This document shows positions 20,452 through 30,045 of a DNA stretch of 64,000 bases, piece by piece; positions within the stretch are counted from its first letter, which is position 1; each line of letters starts with the position of its first letter. The stretch is from the NCBI GenBank assembly GCA_965223295.1, contig CBDCWC010000002.1, forward strand, positions 1,600,001-1,664,000, given 5' to 3'. The position numbers were made by a program, and so were the translations under genes. The notes below the pieces were generated by a model that was not told the DNA's origin, did not search any database, and saw only the letters and a program-made list of their open reading frames with translations. The DNA comes from Nitrospirales bacterium. GTDB lineage: Bacteria; Nitrospirota; Nitrospiria; Nitrospirales; UBA8639.

Positions 20452-21375
20452 TTAATGAGTAATCTGATTCAAGGTTGATAAAAGATTTCGCGCATCACCG
20501 ACAAACTTAGCGATCGTATCGGAGTTGCCTCTCAAATCTGACTGTCGAATCGCCTCATGAGCCTTGACACAACTTTCTACGGTTGATTCAAACTTCTTAA
20601 TAAATAAGCGTGACGGCTCCACCGTAAGGATATCCCGCAATTCGTTTTTCACCAATTGACTAGCAAGTAAATCAAAGGTGGCTTTTTCAGCTGGAGTCAC
20701 GTCTGGATCCTTATAGTTGGCTCGAAAACCATTGAACCATGTTTCACGTGTCGCTTGCGCATTGAGTCTTGTAATTTTGCTCCGAGTCTGCATACCCTTA
20801 ATATCTTTTCGAATGACATCGGTGATAACTTTGATCTGCGGGTGCGCCAATTGGACTTTCTCATAAATGACATCCCTTACCTTCAGATCTACAAACACCT
20901 TCGCCAGAGAAGAAATCGCAGTGGCCAGAACTTGGTCTTTCTGATTCACCGAACCGTCTAACGTCTTTGAAAGATCTCCGAGATTGCCACTCAGCTCCTT
21001 TGAGGCTTTCCCAATATTTTTGTCGTCATTAAATGTGGCAATTTCATGGAGTCCCCTAGCATATTCGGCTAACGATGAAATCGCCGCGCGATTACGGCGA
21101 GCTTCAGCCATGAGGTTTTCACCTTTCACCGCACAATCCCAAGGAGTTCCAGCGCAATCAGAGCTGTCTTCGGGAGCTCCCAAATCCACCGTCATCGCAG
21201 CTAGTTGACGATCGGTTTCTAGTTCCATTTCGTAAAATTTTCCAGAAGCTTCCGACAGAGCTTCTGCGCCATCCGCAAATTTACCAACCGCTTCTAGATT
21301 CACACATCCATTGAGCATGCCAACCAGAAAGAAAAATCCTAGTAACAGACTATTCCGACGTCTGATTTCTGCCAT
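20452..21375 (-). CDS. Hypothetical alpha-helical lipoprotein
   Basis: Basic N-terminus, hydrophobic core and lipobox LNGC; SD AGGAGG; helical/coiled-coil-like body. Confidence 0.8.
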   Translation of the reverse strand: MAEIRRRNSLLLGFFFLVGMLNGCVNLEAVGKFADGAEALSEASGKFYEMELETDRQLAAMTVDLGAPEDSSDCAGTPWDCAVKGENLMAEARRNRAAISSLAEYARGLHEIATFNDDKNIGKASKELSGNLGDLSKTLDGSVNQKDQVLATAISSLAKVFVDLKVRDVIYEKVQLAHPQIKVITDVIRKDIKGMQTRSKITRLNAQATRETWFNGFRANYKDPDVTPAEKATFDLLASQLVKNELRDILTVEPSRLFIKKFESTVESCVKAHEAIRQSDLRGNSDTIAKFVGDARNLLSTLNQITH

Positions 21376-21525
21376 GTTTGTTCCTCCTATTATGATTGTT
21401 AAATCTTCAAAAGAACGGGGCTATAGCAGCATTTACAGTGTTGTAAAACGATCTATCATTGATATTCCTCGTGTCTACACGACTTCGATTGAGCAACCAA
21501 CTATAAAACCTTCATGTCTAAAGAT

Positions 21526-21716
21526 GGGTCTGTTGAAAAAAGCCGCCAGCGGCGTCCTCACCCTTTTTCCTTGCTCAGGTCATACCAGTACGCACCGCGC
21601 ACAAAAATGGCCGCGGCCTTGCTGAACGGACTTTTTTGAACAGACCCGAGGTCTCTGACATGTAACGTCGCAGAGACGAAATGTGGCCATTGACATCATC
21701 ATTATTCAACAGCCCC
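21526..21716 (-). mobile_element. MITE-like element, copy 4
   Basis: Ends GGGTCTGTTGAA / TTCAACAGCCCC; flanked by the direct repeat AAAGAT (21520-21525 and 21717-21722). Confidence 0.88.
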
Positions 21717-21837
21717 AAAGATGATTTCTTGCATTTCTCTATATGAAATACTCAATAAGAACCACATCCACGTTTGAAAGAGCGCTGAACAATACCATTG
21801 CTGACACATCTAACAAAACACGCTTCCCTCATGCCAA

Positions 21838-23241
21838 TCAAAATTTATGGGTGTTTTTCTCTAAACGCTTTGCTTTTTTTCGAGCAATGATTTCTACGTC
21901 GATTCCAGTTGGGCGAACAGCGACTTTCGTAAAATTATCGTCAGAAATCACTTTGCTGGGGTTGGCTAACCGAAATAGGCCAGCCTCTCCACCATCGATA
22001 AACCCTTTTGTTTGAAAATGCCGTGCGGATGGATGCGGGTACGGCCAAAAAAATGCAGAAGACACGACGGAAATAATTTTCAAATTTGATTCCGATACGA
22101 GCTCTACCGACAGTGAAGCATGAACATCTCCAGAGAAAAAGACTACCTTTTGAACTTTATTCTCCTCAATATGAGTAAGAATTTCCTTTCTTTGGTGTTG
22201 AAATCCTGCCCATTTATCACATGATTCTTCAGAACCTGAATCTGGGGCAAATGGAACAGACGTGACAATTATCTTGACCTGCCCCGACCCATCATTCAGC
22301 CACCGTTTAAGTGCCCGCATCTGGTCAATACTCAACATTTCGGACTTCCCGTCTGGATCCAACAGCCGCTCGGTTCTGGAATCAGTCACAAAAATATCAC
22401 AACATCCATCTGAGTATTTGTACCAAAGTTTGTTGGGTGTCCCATGCAATCTTCCTTGCTTGATAGGAATGAGCGGGCTATGGCTGAGTTGATAGGTTTG
22501 GTAAGCATGAATGGCATTGGGAAACAGAGTTTTCCAATCCTTGCCGCTAGATTTGGCTGGCCAATTATCTTCAATCTCGTGATCATCAAGCGTCATATAA
22601 GTGGGAACTTGACTCATCAATGTTCGAATATGTTTCTGAGAAAAGGCATCTCGATAGCGTTGGTAAAACTGACTTACAGATTTGTCTGGATTGAACACAT
22701 TGAGATCATCCGCATAAATTTGGTCGCCCATCATGATCAACTGGTGAACTTCGATGCCTTCATCCTGAATGAGATCCTTCACAATTGATTCGAACATTTT
22801 ATCTCCACGATCATCAAAGAAATCACCAAGGAATGTTTTCAGAAGATATCGACAGGACCCTATAACAAGAGTCCGAGATTTTTTCTTATTGGCCGATGCA
22901 GTCAGAAACTCCCCACCACTTACTCCTTCCCAGTCAATATCCTCAAAAATTTCATCCATTAACTCGGAATCCGAAAAGTAGTACCCCATTTGATATTCAT
23001 AACGCTCCTCGGGTCTTAACCTGTCTAATATGGCGATCCCTGTTAAATCAAAATTGGGATTCATCTTAAAGGTGAGGGGCTTGCTCCAGTTTTCGGTTTC
23101 CTTTTTACGAAAGCGAAGAGCACCAAAACATCGTCGTGGTTGGCCTTCAATGATATGAGCCATACCACGTCCCCAAATACGTGCCCGAGTCGGGGTCGTT
23201 TCTCCGACAATCGGACCAACTGTTAACGGATGAAGTTTCAT
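21838..23241 (-). CDS. PhoD-family (alkaline phosphatase D / phosphodiesterase) metalloenzyme, no export signal
   Basis: GSCRY, MGDQIYAD, LDDHEIEDNW, DSRTER, DKWAGF, FSGDVH; N-terminus begins directly with GPIVG. Confidence 0.9.
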   Translation of the reverse strand: MKLHPLTVGPIVGETTPTRARIWGRGMAHIIEGQPRRCFGALRFRKKETENWSKPLTFKMNPNFDLTGIAILDRLRPEERYEYQMGYYFSDSELMDEIFEDIDWEGVSGGEFLTASANKKKSRTLVIGSCRYLLKTFLGDFFDDRGDKMFESIVKDLIQDEGIEVHQLIMMGDQIYADDLNVFNPDKSVSQFYQRYRDAFSQKHIRTLMSQVPTYMTLDDHEIEDNWPAKSSGKDWKTLFPNAIHAYQTYQLSHSPLIPIKQGRLHGTPNKLWYKYSDGCCDIFVTDSRTERLLDPDGKSEMLSIDQMRALKRWLNDGSGQVKIIVTSVPFAPDSGSEESCDKWAGFQHQRKEILTHIEENKVQKVVFFSGDVHASLSVELVSESNLKIISVVSSAFFWPYPHPSARHFQTKGFIDGGEAGLFRLANPSKVISDDNFTKVAVRPTGIDVEIIARKKAKRLEKNTHKF

Positions 23242-23440
23242 AAATCCTCCATAAATCTGAAAATATCACCAAAGATCATATAGATAAGAACGAAAACAAA
23301 ATATCTTTGACCGGATATCAGATCGTCGTACCTTACTTTTCATTGTTAACTACTAGTCGCAGGGGGGTTAGATACTAGATCTTCGATCAACTCTCAACCA
23401 TGTTTCCTCTGACTCTCCAAAGAAGCACCTACCTTATATC

Positions 23441-23622
23441 TGCAAAGACGAGACCTAGGCAGTGGAAAGCAATCAGATTTTTCTACGGAGAAATTTCCTG
23501 GAAAAATGAAGAAATTATCGTAAATGCTTCTCTATTATCCAGTCAGCTTCTTCAAGTTTGTATCTAAAATGATAAAATATGTATCTATTCAGATAAATTT
23601 CTGGAATAGAAAAGGGAACGTA
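23441..23622 (-). promoter_or_regulatory. sigma54-like promoter (GG-N10-GC, 23455-23442) with two upstream TATC-N6-GATA boxes (23561-23574, 23582-23595)
   Basis: Minus strand reads GGTCTCGTCTTTGCA; boxes and a GGAACGTA motif sit at the same relative offsets as in the 18341-18402 copy. Confidence 0.6.
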
Positions 23623-23684
23623 GTTAAGCAACAGCTGAGAGGTTCAATTAATGAAAACATTGAATTCCGAGAGGATAGCGGGAA

Positions 23685-24176
23685 TTAGGAACGCACCATA
23701 AAGGCAGCGGCAAGAAGAATGGCTAGACCGATCAACATAGTAAGCCGACTGATGAGGGGAGAGAGTCGCAGAAAAATTTTTTCAAGAGGAGTCAATGCCG
23801 ACACGGGTTTATGTTTGATGACTCGGACTTTTGGGCCAATGAATCGATCATGAGCCAGAGAGGCAATGACAAGAAAGAGAACAAGAGTTAATTTGATGAA
23901 CACTGGAAGTGGCCAATCTCCAAAGGATGTGGAGAAATCCACTTGATTGGGAAGAAGAATTCCTCCCGTTACGACGAGTAAAAGCAGGGCGACCCACACG
24001 AGCATCCGAAACCGACGCGCCAGGTTGATAAACTCGCGCTGGGCAATAGCGGGGTCGGGGGCCTTCTTAAGACGAGGGACCGCGACAAGGGAGAGAAAGA
24101 GCATACCGCCAACCCAGAAGGTCGCCGCAACCAGATGAATCCAGACTAAAATAATCTCAAATAACGTCACCTCCAA
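23685..24176 (-). CDS. CopD / DUF4149-like four-TM protein
   Basis: WIHLVAATFWVGGMLFL, LLLVVTG, IKLTLV, HDRFIGP. Confidence 0.75.
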   Translation of the reverse strand: MEVTLFEIILVWIHLVAATFWVGGMLFLSLVAVPRLKKAPDPAIAQREFINLARRFRMLVWVALLLLVVTGGILLPNQVDFSTSFGDWPLPVFIKLTLVLFLVIASLAHDRFIGPKVRVIKHKPVSALTPLEKIFLRLSPLISRLTMLIGLAILLAAAFMVRS

Positions 24177-24365
24177 GATTGTAACGAGATCAATAGTAGG
24201 TTAACTACTCAATATCTCCAAAAAGTTTTTGTCCCCTTAGGTCTCCTTTCACATCTCTTGCTTTCCTACCTCACGCGAACTTCCCTCTGCAACGGAAATG
24301 AACTAATCGGGCATATGACATGTAACCGACACAAACGAAGGGTATTCAGACTGCCAATACAGAGT

Positions 24366-24588
24366 AAGAGTGTTGAATAACACAAAGCATCAGAGGCAAA
24401 TTTCCTCATGATCATGTCAAATACCAAAAACTTCGGGGCGGCTCAAAAAAGTTCATCCAGCAAGGCCGCAGCCATTTTTGCGCGCAGAGCGTACTGGCCC
24501 TGTGAGCATAGAAAAAGGTCCACCTGCCTGCGCGAAGCCGCTCCGGCGAAGGCAGGTACCGCCGCTGGTGGGTTTTTTCAACAGCCAC
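24366..24588 (+). mobile_element. MITE-like element, copy 5, with nested hairpin insert
   Basis: TGTTGAATAA left arm, core CAGCAAGGCCGCAGCCATTTTTGCGCGC, right end TTTTTTCAACAGCC; insert at 24523-24556. Confidence 0.8.
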
Positions 24589-24592
24589 AAGG

Positions 24593-25345
24593 TTAGAAGG
24601 CAATGCCTAAATAGGCACCTGTTGTCCCAAAATTATTTGTGGTGTCGGTTTGCCCAGTGGCCAAATGAAACCGTCCATCAACACCCAAATGAAGGGCTTT
24701 CCATACTCGAACTTGAGCTCCCACCGCAAACTGCACCCCAATATCTAATACCGTTGTATCGTTGGACGGAGGACTAATAACATGAAAATCTAACCCGACA
24801 GGGATGATCCAAGGCCGGAAACGGCTGCCTTCCATGAACATAATTTTCGGAGCCACATCCACCGTTAACATCGTGATCTGTACCCGTTCTTTTCTAGCTT
24901 TGCAAGTGGTCACACCAGCAAGCGCACAAGTACTGGGGACGGCTTGCTGTACCTTTTTTGAGTTAAATCGTTTAAATTCTACTCCGATTTCCCCTAAAAC
25001 CCAGGTTCCAGGCAACAAATCCCAGACATTTCGTGAGAGTAGGAGATCGACGCCAGCCCCAACATAATAGCCAGTATCACCATCGTTGCTCCCATCGAAA
25101 CCAAAGGCATCCGTTTCCACCTCATTCGATCGATCACTCGTCGCCCAAGCCCCACCACCGCGAAAGAAAACCATGTTCCCGGTTTCTTGCTCAGCTCCTG
25201 GTGAGGAAGAGAGCGTTTTTTGTTCTAATCGCTCCAACCGTTCTTCAACAGTCGCAGCTTGCGCCATACTCGCAACCCCCAACATCGCACATACTATCAA
25301 ACCACATACACTACTCCGCACTATGGACCGACCTCTTCTCATCAT
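24593..25345 (-). CDS. Outer-membrane beta-barrel protein
   Basis: Signal peptide (SMAQA), short coiled coil VEERLERLEQK, alternating amphipathic strands, C-terminal YLGIAF; SD AAGGAGG. Confidence 0.7.
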   Translation of the reverse strand: MMRRGRSIVRSSVCGLIVCAMLGVASMAQAATVEERLERLEQKTLSSSPGAEQETGNMVFFRGGGAWATSDRSNEVETDAFGFDGSNDGDTGYYVGAGVDLLLSRNVWDLLPGTWVLGEIGVEFKRFNSKKVQQAVPSTCALAGVTTCKARKERVQITMLTVDVAPKIMFMEGSRFRPWIIPVGLDFHVISPPSNDTTVLDIGVQFAVGAQVRVWKALHLGVDGRFHLATGQTDTTNNFGTTGAYLGIAF

Positions 25346-25661
25346 CACGCCACCTCCTTTATGACATAGTTGTAACATTTCCCTTGAACAGTCATATCTC
25401 ACACTCGACTCAAACCCCTTACATTCAATATCTAGAAAGCCACAAATTTATTTTCATGCGATTCATCCTAGACAAAACCCTCCGCCTCGTCATTGTGGAA
25501 TAACAAGGGGGATAACGATTGTGGTCAAGTTTTTCGATAGGGCGAAAGGCCTAGAAACCGCATGTAGACTTCGCACAGCCAGGAATGCGTTCGGGCTGGA
25601 AATACAGAAGAAAAGCTGTCTTTTGAAAAGGGGAAAAATCGAGAGAGCAGAGAAAAATTAG

Positions 25662-26429
25662 TTACCTTGAAGACGAGACACTTGCTATGTTGGTGAGACG
25701 ATCAACATTGAGTAGAGTGAGATTACGGCCTTCCACTGCAACCAATTCCGCTCCCTGAAAATCTCGGAGAAGACGCACAACAGTTTCAACGGTCACTGCC
25801 GCCATTTGAGCCAAATCTTCCCGTTTAAGTTGAAGGGTGATCCGGCTCCCCTTCTCTACAGGTTCCCCAAACCGCTCGCTCAGATCTACTAGCAAGCGCG
25901 CGAGCCGTTCTCGAGCTGGCGTAAAGGCAAATTGGTCAGCCGTATTTACGACATCGGTCATTTCTTTGCTGAGTACTTGTATCAATTTCACAGCCGCCTC
26001 CCCGTGGTCTTTCAAAAAATTAAGAAAGCTGCCTTGGTCTACAAGAGAAATTTGTGACGGCTCCAGCACCTCACAGGTCACCTGATGAACCGGTTGCTCT
26101 TGAAAGGCCTGCTTTTCTAAGAGTTGGCCTCCGCTTAAAATACCCACTAACCGTTGCTGCCCCTTGCGATTCAACCGCGTGAGTTTTACACGTCCCTGAC
26201 AGAGGATATACAAACCCAAAGCCACATGGCCTTCATAAAACACATGTTGGCCAGGTTGATAGATGACCTGCCGTTTGACCAGACTGAAAGCATCTCCATC
26301 TTGAGGGAGAATTTCACAAATTTCCGAGCATTCTCGATTCGGACAAAGCTCACAATCTGGAATGGCGGGAGATGGAATGGTTTTCATCACCACATCACTT
26401 TCTTCTTTAGCCTGACAATTATACCTCAT
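25662..26429 (-). CDS. Crp/Fnr-family transcriptional regulator with N-terminal Cys cluster
   Basis: CELCPNRECSEIC, cNMP-binding fold (GRVKL), HTH REDLAQMAAVTVETVVRLL. Start 26429 or 26387. Confidence 0.9.
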   Translation of the reverse strand: MRYNCQAKEESDVVMKTIPSPAIPDCELCPNRECSEICEILPQDGDAFSLVKRQVIYQPGQHVFYEGHVALGLYILCQGRVKLTRLNRKGQQRLVGILSGGQLLEKQAFQEQPVHQVTCEVLEPSQISLVDQGSFLNFLKDHGEAAVKLIQVLSKEMTDVVNTADQFAFTPARERLARLLVDLSERFGEPVEKGSRITLQLKREDLAQMAAVTVETVVRLLRDFQGAELVAVEGRNLTLLNVDRLTNIASVSSSR

Positions 26430-26459
26430 TACCCATTCACGAACCAAATGTTCTATTCT

Positions 26460-26605
26460 GGAAGCGTTCAATAATGAAGAGTTCAAAGGCCGTATTTCGC
26501 TAGGAAGCCCTTGTCGATCAGCAGCGTCGGGTCAGCCTGCTCGCCAGTACGAAGCCGCTCCAGCGAAGGCAGAGAACGCCGCTGACGGCTTTTTTCAACG
26601 GACCC
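26460..26605 (+). mobile_element. MITE-like element, copy 6 (internally deleted, with hairpin insert)
   Basis: Left arm matches copy 1; right end CTTTTTTCAACGGACCC; flanked by the direct repeat ATTCT (26455-26459 and 26606-26610). Confidence 0.8.
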
Positions 26606-26759
26606 ATTCTTTATGACTCACAACCTCTCACACTCTCATTGACCCTCGTCCCTTCTATGTAAATAGGGTTTCCGCATGTGCCATAAAATGGTTTCCATTC
26701 AGTTACGTGAAGCTTTATACTCTCCTAACTCCCTCCTTTCACAATTCGTCTTATCGTTC

Positions 26760-27605
26760 ATGGCAGATTCTACTCAACCACTTTCTGAATTACAGACGAC
26801 ATCAGCTTACAAACGAGCAGATTCTGATTCAGCGTTTCTGCAGCGTGATGAATTGCGTGCAGCTCGCTTACAACTGGAATGGTTAAAAGCAGAACTTCTC
26901 CAACAGGATGAAGGTATCCAATCTACCATTGTCGTCTTCGGGAGTGCCCGTCTGTTAGATATGGAAGCTGCACAAGCAAAGGTGGCTGAAGCGGAGCAGG
27001 CACTGGCCCAAGCTCCCAATGATCCTGAAAAGCAACAAGCCATCAAGATTGCTCACAATCAATTGACCTTAGCACCCTATTATCAAGAAGCACGCGAGTT
27101 TGGCCGTTTGGTCTCTTCTGCCTGTCAATTGAAAGGCCGCTGTGAATACGTTGTCGTGACAGGAGGCGGCCCCGGGATCATGGAGGCTGGCAACCGGGGA
27201 GCATCTGATGTGGGAGCAAAATCCATCGGCCTGAATATTGACCTCCCGTTTGAACAAGCGCCTAATCCTTTCATCACCCCAGGCCTGTGCTTTCAATTCC
27301 GCTACTTTGCCATTCGCAAAATGCATTTCCTCCATCGAGCAAAAGCACTTGTCGTCTTTCCTGGAGGATTTGGCACGATGGATGAACTTTTTGACACGTT
27401 GACTCTTATCCAAACGGGAAAAGTGAACGATCTTTCTGTCGTATTAATCGGAAAAGCCTATTGGGAAGACCTGATTAATTGGAGGAAGTTTGTGGAATTT
27501 GGCCTGATTAGCCCTCAAGACTTAGACTTATTTCACTATGCCGAATCGGCAGCAGAGGCCTGGGAAATCATCGCCACCGAACATGAGGAAGGAACCTCGT
27601 CATGA
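26760..27605 (+). CDS. LOG-family (TIGR00730) nucleotide phosphoribohydrolase
   Basis: VFGSAR, TGGGPGIMEAGNRGA, FAIRKMHF, PGGFGTMDE. Confidence 0.9.
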   Translation: MADSTQPLSELQTTSAYKRADSDSAFLQRDELRAARLQLEWLKAELLQQDEGIQSTIVVFGSARLLDMEAAQAKVAEAEQALAQAPNDPEKQQAIKIAHNQLTLAPYYQEAREFGRLVSSACQLKGRCEYVVVTGGGPGIMEAGNRGASDVGAKSIGLNIDLPFEQAPNPFITPGLCFQFRYFAIRKMHFLHRAKALVVFPGGFGTMDELFDTLTLIQTGKVNDLSVVLIGKAYWEDLINWRKFVEFGLISPQDLDLFHYAESAAEAWEIIATEHEEGTSS

Positions 27606-28999
27606 AAGTCTCGTTTCATGGTGCAGCACGATCAGTCACAGGCAGCCGGCATATCGTTGATGCGGGGAAGACCAGAGTGCTCCTCGATTGTGGATTGTTT
27701 CAGGGCCGTCGAGACCAGACACGGGAACGCAATAAGCATCTGGGCTTTGATCCAAAATCTCTTGACGCCGTCTGCCTATCTCATGCACACATTGATCATT
27801 CAGGCGCTCTCCCCGTCTTGGCGAAAAATGGATTTCGAGGTGCCGTGCATATGACCGATGCCACAGCTGATTTAACAGAAATTCTCTTGGCTGACTCCGC
27901 CCGTATTCAAGAGAATGATTGCCGATACGTGAACAAGCTGGAACGCCGTCGCGGGAAAAAATGCGTGAGCCCAATCTACTCCAGAGACCATGCACAACAG
28001 ATCGTCAAACAGTTTCAAGGGTCAGGCTACAAACAATCTGTCTCGTTGGCCGCCAATGTGACGGCGCGCTTTCACGATGCAGGGCATATCATTGGATCAT
28101 CTGCCATGTGGCTTCAACACCGCAATCGAGGGAATACGACTTCACTATTGTTTTCTGGCGATTTAGGCCGTGCGAATATGCCAATCCTTCGAGACCCGTC
28201 TCCCCCACCGCCATGTGATGCCTTGATCATCGAATCCACCTATGGCGACCGCTTACATCGTGATGAAGAAAAGCGACGAAAGAATATCGCGAAAGAACTG
28301 GTGGAACATGCCATTCAACACAAGAGTAAGATTATTGTTCCCGCATTTTCGGTAGGCCGCACACAAGATATCATTATGCGGATTAAAGCCTTAGTCAACA
28401 ATGGTGAAGTTGATCCCATTCCAATTTATATTGATTCGCCTCTGGCATCCAAGGCTACGAAGGTCTTTCGACGACATCCGGAATGTTACGACGAAGATAC
28501 CTATCGTACCTTTACCGCCTCCGGCGACGTCTTCGCGGCCAAATACATTAAGTTTATTTCGACAGCGAAAGACAGCAAACGGTTAAATCACAAGAAAGGG
28601 CCCTGTGTGATTGTCTCGGCGTCAGGAATGTGCGAAGGCGGGCGGGTGGTTCATCATTTGAAACATGCGATTCAGGATGAAGCCAATGTTATCGTCATCG
28701 TCGGATTTCAAGCTGAACATACCCTTGGACGAAAACTTGTCGAGGAATGGGATACCGTGACGATTTTTGGCGCACCAACAAAACGACGGGCACAAGTGGT
28801 GCGGCTCAATGGATTTTCGGCTCATGCCGATCGGAACGACCTACTGTCATACGTTCGAAGCATTACCCCACATCCACGGAAAGTTTTTGTGGTTCATGGT
28901 GAGGAACGTCAATCCTTGGCTTTTGCCATGACGCTTCGAGATGAATTTCCGGGGATAGAAGTGGAAGTGCCCAAACCGAATTCAACGTACGACGTGTAA
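27602..28999 (+). CDS. MBL-fold beta-CASP metallo-hydrolase (RNase-like)
   Basis: SHAHIDHSG, AGHIIGS, FSGDLG, ESTYG, SGMCEGGR, FSAHAD, VHGE. Confidence 0.92.
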   Translation: MKVSFHGAARSVTGSRHIVDAGKTRVLLDCGLFQGRRDQTRERNKHLGFDPKSLDAVCLSHAHIDHSGALPVLAKNGFRGAVHMTDATADLTEILLADSARIQENDCRYVNKLERRRGKKCVSPIYSRDHAQQIVKQFQGSGYKQSVSLAANVTARFHDAGHIIGSSAMWLQHRNRGNTTSLLFSGDLGRANMPILRDPSPPPPCDALIIESTYGDRLHRDEEKRRKNIAKELVEHAIQHKSKIIVPAFSVGRTQDIIMRIKALVNNGEVDPIPIYIDSPLASKATKVFRRHPECYDEDTYRTFTASGDVFAAKYIKFISTAKDSKRLNHKKGPCVIVSASGMCEGGRVVHHLKHAIQDEANVIVIVGFQAEHTLGRKLVEEWDTVTIFGAPTKRRAQVVRLNGFSAHADRNDLLSYVRSITPHPRKVFVVHGEERQSLAFAMTLRDEFPGIEVEVPKPNSTYDV

Positions 29000-29077
29000 A
29001 TACCTCTCTTCTTCAACGACTACGCACCCCAGTTTCCTCCAGGTCAAAGAACGAGCAATAGTATCTGGAAGAACTGT

Positions 29078-29458
29078 TTATTCTAGAATAATCTGAGAAT
29101 CAACATTTCGAATGAAAATGGCACGGCCAGATTCGTTGACATAGGCATCAATCCAGTCACCTTTATGCGCTGGGCGATCAATGCTGGTATTTTCATCAAC
29201 TGGCAGACGAACTTCCTCATGCCCATTAGTATGAACGACATAGGCTGCACCTTCAAGATGATGGACTTGGCCCCGAACTTTTCGGACCGCTCCATTTCTC
29301 ATCATCGGATCTTCATGGAGTTGCTGATACCCTTTGGTGCCTTCAACAATACCCTGTCCCAGAGCCGATTGATGAGAGGTAGGTTCAGACATGTGATTTG
29401 CACATCCCAGCAATCCACAGACACTCAATATGAAAACTATTGTTTTTAACCAGATCAT
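29078..29458 (-). CDS. Hypothetical lipoprotein
   Basis: Lipobox LLGC; SD AGGAG; small beta-rich (OB-like) C-terminal domain. Confidence 0.7.
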   Translation of the reverse strand: MIWLKTIVFILSVCGLLGCANHMSEPTSHQSALGQGIVEGTKGYQQLHEDPMMRNGAVRKVRGQVHHLEGAAYVVHTNGHEEVRLPVDENTSIDRPAHKGDWIDAYVNESGRAIFIRNVDSQIILE

Positions 29459-29831
29459 ATTTCCGCTCCTTTAGTTTTGAAAGTGACGGCCATAAAATTA
29501 TCCTATCACACTCTTTCTAGGTGTCCAGAAGATGCCACCGGTTCTATTCAACTTTCAGAATAATCGTCGCCAAGACCGCAATGTCCTCGTTGAAAAAGGC
29601 TATGGGAATCTTGTTTTGGCATTCTGGGATACTTACATTCATGGTATTTGACGTATAGAACAAGATCTTTTACTCTTTCTTTGTCCTCATTCTTCCAGCT
29701 ACATTGTTTTCTCGAAAGCGTTCTTTTGACATTCACTCACATCACATCCCCTCATGCACATGTGAATGAAGCACCTTATGCTTCATTCAATTCGTGCAGG
29801 CCCTACACTTATTCATCTCAAGGAGGTTTTC

Positions 29832-30038
29832 ATGGCAACAATCGCTCGTGTCACCGAAATTATTGCGAGTTCACCCAAAAGCTTTGATGATGCTATGGCC
29901 GCGGGAGTTAAACGTGCCCATAAGACGTTAAAGAATGTATCCGGCGCCTGGATTAAGGACCAATCGGTCAAAATTGAAAAAGGCAAAATCGTACAGTACC
30001 GAGTCACCTTGAAAATCACGTTTATTCTCACAAATTAA
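29832..30038 (+). CDS. Dodecin-family flavin-binding protein
   Basis: 68 aa from ATG 29832 after SD AAGGAGG; EIIASSPKSFDDA...KTLKNV...YRVTLKITF. Confidence 0.9.
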   Translation: MATIARVTEIIASSPKSFDDAMAAGVKRAHKTLKNVSGAWIKDQSVKIEKGKIVQYRVTLKITFILTN

Positions 30039-30045
30039 GGCACGG

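Noticed and set aside
16630-23241. Prophage or integron interpretation of the cassette locus
   Set aside because: No integrase, phage structural genes or recognisable attC sites were found in the window.
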